Source: Candidatus Latescibacterota bacterium (GTDB lineage: Bacteria; Latescibacterota; UBA2968; UBA8231). From it: a stretch of DNA of 64,000 bases. The translations under genes and the position numbers were made by a program. Each line of letters begins with the position of its first letter. Position 1 is the stretch's first letter. The stretch covers positions 5,792,001 to 5,856,000 of the forward strand of contig OZ241867.1 of assembly GCA_965203175.1 (NCBI GenBank), written 5' to 3'. Positions 56,982 to 64,000 of this stretch are shown piece by piece. The notes beneath the pieces are model-generated. The model made no database searches. It was not told the origin of the DNA and saw only the letters and a list, made by a program, of their open reading frames with translations.

Positions 56982-57362
56982 ATGTCCCAAACGGAGAGTA
57001 GCGGCGAAAAATCTGTCAGGATTCGGCGAGGTCCAGTCGATTCGCTTTCACTATACGAAATTACGGATTACGAACTGGATACCCTTGAAAGAGGAGGTCC
57101 TTCGAACCTTTTCCTAAACTTTGGCATTGCTCTACTATCCATCAGCATTTCATTCCTCATCGCTCTGTTCACAACACAGATAACCTCCGATCGTACCTTT
57201 ACAGTGTTTGTCATCATTGCTGTTATTGGTTCAGTCAGCGGTATCGTGTTGATGTTTCTGTGGTATTTCAATCGGAAGTCAATAGCCTCATTGATCCAAA
57301 AAATCAAGGGTCGAATCCCAGCCGACGAAGTGGGACCAACTGAGCAAGATGAAGATACATAG
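56982..57362 (+). CDS. Small two-TM membrane protein of unknown function
   Basis: Starts 1 nt after the Cas2-like stop; two hydrophobic helices (LFLNFGIALLSISISFLIALF; FTVFVIIAVIGSVSGIVLMFLWYF); low GC. Confidence 0.75.
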   Translation: MSQTESSGEKSVRIRRGPVDSLSLYEITDYELDTLERGGPSNLFLNFGIALLSISISFLIALFTTQITSDRTFTVFVIIAVIGSVSGIVLMFLWYFNRKSIASLIQKIKGRIPADEVGPTEQDEDT

Positions 57363-57541
57363 AGAATCTTGAGATAGCCGAAGAGACCATTCTATTCATT
57401 CCCGACGAGGTGCGGCAGCGCGCTATCGTCGGCAGTAGTCTATTTATAGCCCCTAGTACCATTGCGACTCCGGAATCTTTTTCAATCGTCAGCCTCTGTC
57501 GCCGTCAGAAAACGGTACCTATCCCCAACCAGACGGCCAAG

Positions 57542-57570
57542 TTGTAAACCAGCCCTACGTTAGCTATAAT
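57542..57570 (+). promoter_or_regulatory. Putative sigma70 promoter of the 57611 operon
   Basis: TTGTAA-N17-TATAAT. Confidence 0.6.
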
Positions 57571-57660
57571 ACGCCCGCCGACACTCCAACTACCCACCCC
57601 CGAGGCCACCATGCCCAACACCCCCATCACCATCGGCTCCGACCGCCAACTACTACTCGA
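57560..57660 (+). repeat. Right copy of ~101-bp imperfect direct repeat
   Basis: Matches 53804-53904. Confidence 0.9.
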
Positions 57661-58987
57661 CCTCCGCCTCATCGACGAGCTACAAGACGCCCGCCAAGTC
57701 CTCCACCAGCCCGTGCGCCGCAACGCCGCAGTGCGCATCGACCACCCCTATGAAGAAGGCGGCCTCGCCTACGCCGTGCTCTTTAAAGACGGCGACCGCT
57801 TCCGCGCCTGGTACCGCTGCATTCCCCACGCCGACAACAACAAAACCGACCGCGCCTGCACCGCCTACGTCGAAAGCAGCGACGGCATCACTTGGCACAA
57901 ACCAGAGTTGGGCCTAATCGACTTCCAAGGCTCGACGGCCAATAACTTAGTCATCGACGATCCCGACCTAGTCAACTTCTCCCCGTTCCTCGATCCAGAA
58001 GCCCCAGAGCAAGAGCGCTACAAAGGCATCGGCCGGCGCGGTGCCATTTATACTGCGACTTCGCCCGACGGCTTCCACTGGCGCAAAAACCCCGAACCCG
58101 TGCAGACCGAAGGCCCGTTCGACTCGCACAACATCGCCTTCCGCGACCCGTGGACCGGCCAGTACGTCATGTACACCCGAGGCATTCGCAGCGACGGCGA
58201 ACTAGGCCACGGTGCCACTCGCGCCTTTAAGGAAGGCGTGCGCTGGATTCGCCGCGCCACCTCCGACGACTTTGTTCACTGGAGTCCGCTAGAAGCCATC
58301 GACACCGGCGATGCGCCGCTGGAGCACATGTACACCAATTCCTGCGTTCCCTACGAGCGTTCACCCGGTCTCTACCTGATGTTCCCCTCGCGCTTTGTCA
58401 ACAGCCGCAGCCCCACGCCCGGCTGGCCGTACCCCGGGGTCAACGACGGCGTGCTAATGAGCAGCCACGACGGCCTCCACTTCGACCGCCTCTTCCCCGA
58501 GGCTTTCGTGCGCCCGGGGCCCGACCCCGGCAATTGGCACGACCGCAGCGTGTACATCATGCGCGGCCTGCTGCGCACCGGACCCGCCGAACTGTCGCTC
58601 TACATGACCGAGAACTGGCGTATGCCCACCTCCTGCATCCGCCGCCTGACCATGCGCCTCGATGGCTTCGCCTCGGTACAAGCGCCCTATCGCGGCGGCC
58701 AGTTCACCACCAAGCCCCTGATCTTCAGCGGCGATCAGTTGAGGCTCAATATGGCCACCTCCGCGGCCGGCAGCATCCGCGTCGAGGTCCAAGACGAAAA
58801 CGGCAAGCCCTTCCCCGGCTTGGCGCTAGCGGACTCGCCCGAGCTTTTTCAGGATCAGACGGACTTAGCAGTGGAATGGGAATCGGGCGCGGAGGTAGGC
58901 CCGTTGGCCGGACGGCCAGTGCGCCTGCACTTTGTCATGTACGACGCCGACCTGTACGCACTGCGCTTTTGCCGCAAAGAAGAATAG
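57611..58987 (+). CDS. Glycoside-hydrolase-like beta-propeller protein (paralog of 22249..23802)
   Basis: RQLLLD; ESSDGITWHKPELG; SPDGFHW; FDSHNIAFRD; MRLDGFAS; ADLYALRF. Confidence 0.7.
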   Translation: MPNTPITIGSDRQLLLDLRLIDELQDARQVLHQPVRRNAAVRIDHPYEEGGLAYAVLFKDGDRFRAWYRCIPHADNNKTDRACTAYVESSDGITWHKPELGLIDFQGSTANNLVIDDPDLVNFSPFLDPEAPEQERYKGIGRRGAIYTATSPDGFHWRKNPEPVQTEGPFDSHNIAFRDPWTGQYVMYTRGIRSDGELGHGATRAFKEGVRWIRRATSDDFVHWSPLEAIDTGDAPLEHMYTNSCVPYERSPGLYLMFPSRFVNSRSPTPGWPYPGVNDGVLMSSHDGLHFDRLFPEAFVRPGPDPGNWHDRSVYIMRGLLRTGPAELSLYMTENWRMPTSCIRRLTMRLDGFASVQAPYRGGQFTTKPLIFSGDQLRLNMATSAAGSIRVEVQDENGKPFPGLALADSPELFQDQTDLAVEWESGAEVGPLAGRPVRLHFVMYDADLYALRFCRKEE

Positions 58988-58999
58988 GAGACAGAACCC

Positions 59000-59884
59000 A
59001 TGTACCAATCAGTAGATGTCGCCGCCATTTCCTTCCGGCCTAAAAAATTCGACCTAGCCGGCAATGCCGACCACTTGGAAGCCATGTTCCGCGCCGCCGC
59101 CAAAGGCGGTGCCCAACTGGCCTTGGCACCCGAAGGGGTGCTAGAGGGCTATGTAGTCATGGAACTGATCACGGAGGAGGAACCGGAAGAACGGATGCGG
59201 GACGTGGCCGTCACCACGCGCGGCCCGGTCATTGGCCGCTTCCGCGAGCTGGCCCGCGAGTTGGGAATATGCCTCGCCTTTGGGCTAGCCGAGCGCATCG
59301 GCGACGATGTGTACAACTGCGCCGTCTTCATCGACCACCGAGGCCGCCTGTGCGGCAAGTACCACAAAATGCAACTGGCCGAAGGCTATCATCCCTCCTG
59401 GTGGTACAACCGCCTCGGTGCTCATGCCCACGCTTTTGACACTCCGTTTGGCCGCTGCGGCTTCCTCATCTGCAACGACCGCTGGAACCCCGACATCGCC
59501 CGCATCCCAGTGCTCGACGGAGCACAGTACCTGCTCATTCCCTCCTACGGCTCCCGTTCCAAGGAGCAAGACCGCGCCGTGTTGGCCCGAGCGCGCGAAA
59601 ACGGCGTCGCCATTGTCGAGGCCAACGTCGGCGTCACCTTGGTCATCAGCAAAGGAGAAATCGTCGCTCTGTCGCGCCGGGTAAGCGAAATCACCTACGC
59701 CACCATCGAAATCCCAGCCCTACCTTCGGCGCGCAACCGCAACGCGCAGGAACGCAGCTTTTTGCAATGGCGGCAAACGGAAATGCGCCACCGCTACAAA
59801 CAAGGAGAGGCCAAGCGCGCCCGCTCCGGGCCGCACGACCCCGACAAGGTCAGCCACGACCAAAAGGGCCGCTTGATCCATTGA
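59000..59884 (+). CDS. Carbon-nitrogen hydrolase family protein
   Basis: APEG; YHKMQ; LICNDRWNP. Confidence 0.88.
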   Translation: MYQSVDVAAISFRPKKFDLAGNADHLEAMFRAAAKGGAQLALAPEGVLEGYVVMELITEEEPEERMRDVAVTTRGPVIGRFRELARELGICLAFGLAERIGDDVYNCAVFIDHRGRLCGKYHKMQLAEGYHPSWWYNRLGAHAHAFDTPFGRCGFLICNDRWNPDIARIPVLDGAQYLLIPSYGSRSKEQDRAVLARARENGVAIVEANVGVTLVISKGEIVALSRRVSEITYATIEIPALPSARNRNAQERSFLQWRQTEMRHRYKQGEAKRARSGPHDPDKVSHDQKGRLIH

Positions 59885-59890
59885 AATAGC

Positions 59891-61651
59891 TTACCGCACA
59901 AAGGCCCTCTTCCCCACAATACCCTCACCCTGCGCAATGTCGTAGCGCGACCCGGCTGCAAGCTGTTCAAGGGCTTCCACCGTCCCATCCGGCCAGCGAA
60001 TCTCCAAGCGGTCGATCTGCTCGGCCGCGCCCAAGCCAACGGTCAGGCTCATCGGACTGTGGCTCAGATAAGAAGATCCCGTACGCACCATGAACACCTG
60101 CTCCTGTTCGCCCACCTGCGCAGTCACCTTCGCGCCAATAGCGTCGCGGTTGGGTGCCTTGCCCGTCAGGTCAAGCTCCACCACGCGGCCGGTCGGTCCC
60201 TCGTTGCGCAATAGATAGGCCGGCCCGCCATTGGTCGTCAGCAACACGTCCAAGTCGCCGTCTGCGTCTATATCGCCGACGGACAGCCCTCGCGCCACCA
60301 CTGGCTTGACAAATGGCCCACCCGTCTGCTCCGACACCTCGATCATCCGCCCCTCGCCGGTATTCCAAAACAACTGCGGTGGTTGACGATACTCGATCTC
60401 CTTCTGCGTCGAGTTGATCTCTGGCTCAATGTGCCCATTGGCCAAGATCAGGTCTTGGTAGCCGTCGAGGTCGTAGTCGAAAAAGCGCAGTCCAAAGGTC
60501 AGCGGCTGCAGCGTCGCCTGCACCAGCCGAGCTTTGCCCGCAGCATCGACAAAGACCTCGCCGCCGGCTTGGCGATAGAGCGAGAGCGCTTCTCGGCTGA
60601 AGTTCCCAATGGCGATGGAAAGCACGCCGTCGTTGGCGACCGAGGTAATATCTACGCCCATCCCCGCTCGCGCCCGTCCGGTCTCGTCATAGCCAATGCC
60701 CGCGGCGAGACCCCGCTCCGCAAAGCGACCCCCACCTAAGTTTTGCAACAGGAAATTGGGCTGAGTGTCGTTGGTGACGACCAAGTCGATGCGGCCATCG
60801 TCTTCAAAGTCGGTCATGGCCACGCCCATGGACTTGCCCTCGGGCAACAACAGACCGGCCTCTTCAGTTATTTCTCGGAAACGGCCCTCACCCAGATTGC
60901 GATAGAGCCTCGGCGTCGAGCCGGGGTACTGCTGTGGCGTGGCGTAGGACTTTCCCTTGCCGTCGAGCGTGGTATATATGTCAGTGCTAGCCGACCAGCG
61001 CACGTAGTTGGTGACCAACAGATCCAGCCAGCCGTCGCCATCCACATCGACCCAAGCCGCGCCCGTGGACCACTCGGGATTCTCATTGCCCGCATCGTCC
61101 CGCCAGACCGCGCCCGCCACGCCCGCTTCTTGCGCCACATCGACAAAGCGGCCCGCGTCGTTGCGCAACAGCAGGTTCGGCCCCAAGGTCGTCAAGTAAA
61201 TATCCGGGTCGCCATCGGCGTCGTAATCGGCAATCGTCGCGCCCATGCCATAGACCGAAAAGTCTAGACCCGCGCGTCCCGTTGCGTCATCAAAAGTGCC
61301 GTTGCCGAGATTGCGATAGAGCTTGCCGGGGGCCTTTTCGCCGCTCCAGCCTTCGCTGTTGACCAAGAGCACGTCCAGCCAGCCGTCGCCATCGTAATCA
61401 AAAAGCGCACAGCCGCTGCCCATGGTTTCCGGCATCCACTTGTCGCCGCGCGCACCAGTCTCGTGCCTGAATTCGAGACCAGCCTCTCGCGTCACATCGA
61501 CAAAGCGCACCGCAGGAGCCTCTTTCCGCCCGCGCCCCACCGCATAGTCGGCAGCCGGTTTGGTGTACTCAGGCTTCGGAGCCGGTTCCGAAGGCTCTTC
61601 CGGGCCGCAGGCGACTAACATCAATGCGCCGACCAAGAGTCGCCAGATCAT
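59891..61651 (-). CDS. CRTAC1 family (FG-GAP + ASPIC/UnbV) lipoprotein
   Basis: Lipobox LVAC (likely start 61651; ORF extends to 61714); PETMGSG; DYDGDG repeats; GKSMGV; RAGMGVD; NRDAIGA; GSSYLS; IRWPDG. Confidence 0.9.
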   Translation of the reverse strand: MIWRLLVGALMLVACGPEEPSEPAPKPEYTKPAADYAVGRGRKEAPAVRFVDVTREAGLEFRHETGARGDKWMPETMGSGCALFDYDGDGWLDVLLVNSEGWSGEKAPGKLYRNLGNGTFDDATGRAGLDFSVYGMGATIADYDADGDPDIYLTTLGPNLLLRNDAGRFVDVAQEAGVAGAVWRDDAGNENPEWSTGAAWVDVDGDGWLDLLVTNYVRWSASTDIYTTLDGKGKSYATPQQYPGSTPRLYRNLGEGRFREITEEAGLLLPEGKSMGVAMTDFEDDGRIDLVVTNDTQPNFLLQNLGGGRFAERGLAAGIGYDETGRARAGMGVDITSVANDGVLSIAIGNFSREALSLYRQAGGEVFVDAAGKARLVQATLQPLTFGLRFFDYDLDGYQDLILANGHIEPEINSTQKEIEYRQPPQLFWNTGEGRMIEVSEQTGGPFVKPVVARGLSVGDIDADGDLDVLLTTNGGPAYLLRNEGPTGRVVELDLTGKAPNRDAIGAKVTAQVGEQEQVFMVRTGSSYLSHSPMSLTVGLGAAEQIDRLEIRWPDGTVEALEQLAAGSRYDIAQGEGIVGKRAFVR

Positions 61652-61801
61652 ACTACGAGATGTTGGCATAAAATTTGCATCTATTGCGTACTTACTCGTC
61701 ATATCTCTTCCCATTAAGCCTTAGCAGTGTGAAAGGTGTGATACACAGGTGTTTGCTAGAGTAAACGACACGCAAAAAGAATGCAATCGGATTAGCTCGA
61801 C

Positions 61802-62113
61802 ATGAATCGCAGCGAAGCCTACATCGCCGACGAAAAATTGACTTACCTACTGCACGACGAAAGCAAGAACGGTCTATTCGTTCTATTAGGCTATGACGAC
61901 CACAATGTCGAGGACTTACGCAGAGGTCTGCTAATCATCGTCAGGACGCAACTACCTGCCGAACGCATTGCAACTGAGCACGGCACCAAATACATTATCC
62001 TTGGATATATTGACACACCATCATACGGCCTATTTCATCTGCGCACCGTGTGGTTTATCCGCCACGGCGAGACCGCGCTGCGTTTTGTAACGGCCGTTCC
62101 ACAAAGGAGTTAG
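61802..62113 (+). CDS. DUF6883-like putative toxin/nuclease
   Basis: AYIADEKLTYLL..K..LF..LGY..TEHGTKY..RTVWFI..RFVTAVP. Confidence 0.65.
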   Translation: MNRSEAYIADEKLTYLLHDESKNGLFVLLGYDDHNVEDLRRGLLIIVRTQLPAERIATEHGTKYIILGYIDTPSYGLFHLRTVWFIRHGETALRFVTAVPQRS

Positions 62114-62116
62114 TCC

Positions 62117-62371
62117 ATGAATACCCTAGCCGAACCCCTAGCTGAACCCCTAGCCGAACACCGACGGGCTGTCCTGACAGCCGATCAACCCCAAGCCGAA
62201 CTGATCGTCGGCGATGTCGGGATCGTGGTTTTCATTCACGGCGAAGGGGTCGCTTACGAAGTAGAGTTTCCCAACCGAGCCGTCCTCACCCTAGAGGCCG
62301 ACCAAGTGCGGCCCCTCGGCATGGAAGAAATTCTCCACGTGCGCCCTCAACCACCCTCCCCCAGCGGATGA
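62117..62371 (+). CDS. DUF4926-like small protein (putative antitoxin)
   Basis: EHRRAVLTAD..L..GDVGIVVFIH..GVAYEVEF...VLTL...QVRPL...EILHVR. Confidence 0.75.
   Translation: MNTLAEPLAEPLAEHRRAVLTADQPQAELIVGDVGIVVFIHGEGVAYEVEFPNRAVLTLEADQVRPLGMEEILHVRPQPPSPSG
62124..62159 (+). repeat. 12-bp tandem repeat x3 (LAEP-LAEP-LAEH)
   Basis: CCCTAGCCGAAC CCCTAGCTGAAC CCCTAGCCGAAC. Confidence 0.9.
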
Positions 62372-63999
62372 ACGTGGATTTTGAGCGCCTCGCGGTTGTC
62401 GTGCGGATGCTCTAGCCGATAGCGGCGCGTCAACTCTTGCGCCGACTCGTCAATCTGGTAGTACTGGTAAGCCTGCTCGGCAATGAGAGCCTCGTCCTCG
62501 CGGCCAAGGGCGCGCAGCGAGAGCATCCGGTGGTAGTGAGCGACGCGGTCTTCCGGGTCAATGGCCAGTACGCCGTCGAGGGCCTCTAAAGCCTCCTCAA
62601 AGCGGCCATCGAGGTAGAGCACCCGGCCCAAATTCCGCCACGTAGCACGATCCTCGGGAAAGTCGCGCAACACTCGGCGATACGCCTGCGCCGCAGCCTC
62701 GTAACGGCCATCCTCCTGCAACACCACGCCCCACACCCAAGCCGTCTGCCCATCGCCGCTAACTAACGCCTCGCAGTCCTCCAAATGCTCGTACGCTCGC
62801 TCCAAGTGCCCATCGCGCACGGCAACCTTGGCCAAGTTGCGGCAACCGTCCAAGCGCTCCGGCGCTAGCTGTTCCACCGTCGCAAAAGCCCGTGCAGCAC
62901 CCTGGGTGTCGTCTTGAAGCAGCAAGCCGATGCCATAGTCGTTGAAGCGCATCCAGTCGCCCGCATCTGGCACACCCTGCGCGGACGGCCCTCCCACTAC
63001 CAACGCCACCTCGCTGCGGGCGATCTCAGTTACCGGCAAATCCGGCACTTGGTCGAAGCGGCGGAAACCCTCGCGGTTGTTGTTAAAGGCAAATTCCGTA
63101 TAGGCGCGGTCGAACTTGCGCCACAACAGCCGCGCCCGCAGCGTCAGCTTACGCCCCGCGTAGTCCTCGGGCACCTCGAAGCTGTAGTGGGCTACATCCG
63201 CCGTACCGGGACCAATAGTGCGCACGTACACAGCCGTGACGATGTCCTGCGCATTGCGCCGGTGGATAGCTTGGCCTTTTGCATCGACCATCAGCGCCTT
63301 GTAAAAGTGCGCCCCTGGATCGACGTGCCCGTCGTCTTGCACCGCCCCGTTCAAAGCCAGCACCGCATCGTCGTCACCTACCACCGATACCTCTAGCCAG
63401 CCTTCGTTGGAATCGTTAGTCCCACCCGGGAAAGTGTGCCCGACGCCCTTGTTGCGCACCACCACATCGAATGTGTACTCGCCACCGGGCACCAGCGCCG
63501 GTTGACTCTTGTCCAGCGCGTAGTGCGCTTCTTCTTGGTGGTGCAGTGAGAACACATCGACGCTGAGTTTTTCGTCTTGCAGAAATTCCTCGATCCGCGC
63601 AATGGTCTCCTCGTCGCCGCGGATGAAGGGCAGGGCCGTGTTGACCGCCAAAAAGCGGTGCGACTTGACGTACCCATCCCGCGCCGACACGTCGCCCGCA
63701 ACCGCTTCCTCCAGCGGCATGTGGCAATCCTGGCAAACCCGCTTAACAGCAGGCAAATAGAAGGTCCTAGCGGCGTTGAGCGCCACGCCGCTGTCGTGCC
63801 AATTGTCGAACTCGTTTTGGCCGCGCAGCCAGCGGTAGCCATTGACGCGCGAGTCGAGACTGACCTTGTGGCAGGTGGCGCAAAACTCAGAAGTGCGAAA
63901 GAAGGGCTTGAGCATCTGCTTCTTGTGTACAATGGGCCTCGCCTTCAGCGCCGTGTCGTGCACGAAGCGGCCAACGCCTTCTTTGGCCTCGGCGAACAG
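62347..63999 (-). CDS. Multiheme c-type cytochrome fused to C-terminal TPR repeats; 5' part lies outside the window
   Basis: CATCH and CQDCH heme motifs; GVGHTFPGGTNDSNE; RFNDYGIGLLLQ; TPRs; frame is open to the window end. Confidence 0.85.
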   Translation of the reverse strand: MFAEAKEGVGRFVHDTALKARPIVHKKQMLKPFFRTSEFCATCHKVSLDSRVNGYRWLRGQNEFDNWHDSGVALNAARTFYLPAVKRVCQDCHMPLEEAVAGDVSARDGYVKSHRFLAVNTALPFIRGDEETIARIEEFLQDEKLSVDVFSLHHQEEAHYALDKSQPALVPGGEYTFDVVVRNKGVGHTFPGGTNDSNEGWLEVSVVGDDDAVLALNGAVQDDGHVDPGAHFYKALMVDAKGQAIHRRNAQDIVTAVYVRTIGPGTADVAHYSFEVPEDYAGRKLTLRARLLWRKFDRAYTEFAFNNNREGFRRFDQVPDLPVTEIARSEVALVVGGPSAQGVPDAGDWMRFNDYGIGLLLQDDTQGAARAFATVEQLAPERLDGCRNLAKVAVRDGHLERAYEHLEDCEALVSGDGQTAWVWGVVLQEDGRYEAAAQAYRRVLRDFPEDRATWRNLGRVLYLDGRFEEALEALDGVLAIDPEDRVAHYHRMLSLRALGREDEALIAEQAYQYYQIDESAQELTRRYRLEHPHDNREALKIHVHPLGEGG

Positions 64000-64000
64000 A

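Noticed and set aside
1-64000. tRNA (including tRNA-Sec), rRNA, integrase or transposase genes
   Set aside because: None recognised by eye; intergenic gaps are short. tRNAscan-SE or Infernal would be needed to exclude small RNAs.

Overview
GC-rich bacterial chromosomal segment with about 50 CDSs and no rRNA, tRNA, CRISPR array or transposase detected. The gene repertoire resembles Latescibacterota, Poribacteria or Gemmatimonadota-type symbionts (inference). It includes a DUF6785/6784-type membrane protein, FlgD-Ig-tailed secreted proteins, FG-GAP/ASPIC-UnbV proteins, PhyH dioxygenases, BNR sialidases and GH-like propellers. Bases 1-15.7 kb hold a co-oriented envelope locus: a transporter-like protein, three paralogous secreted proteins ending in VAY, a probable beta-barrel, a CBM9-like protein with a TSWGxVK tail, a lipoprotein, a PPIase and a TPR protein. 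Most of 15.7-52 kb is sugar and small-molecule catabolism. The strongest novel signal is an FG-GAP/ASPIC-UnbV (CRTAC1-like) gene (30135..27475, -) interrupted by a single in-frame TGA that is followed by a hairpin fitting the bacterial SECIS model, i.e. a candidate selenoprotein. A BsuBI/PstI-type R-M cassette carrying a stand-alone Cas2-like + 2-TM gene pair lies between ~101-bp imperfect direct repeats. Also present are a Panacea-type TA pair, a DUF6883/DUF4926-like pair inserted between a multiheme-TPR gene and a CRTAC1 gene, and a repeat-stalked zincin lipoprotein. Family assignments come from motif recognition only; no database searches were run.
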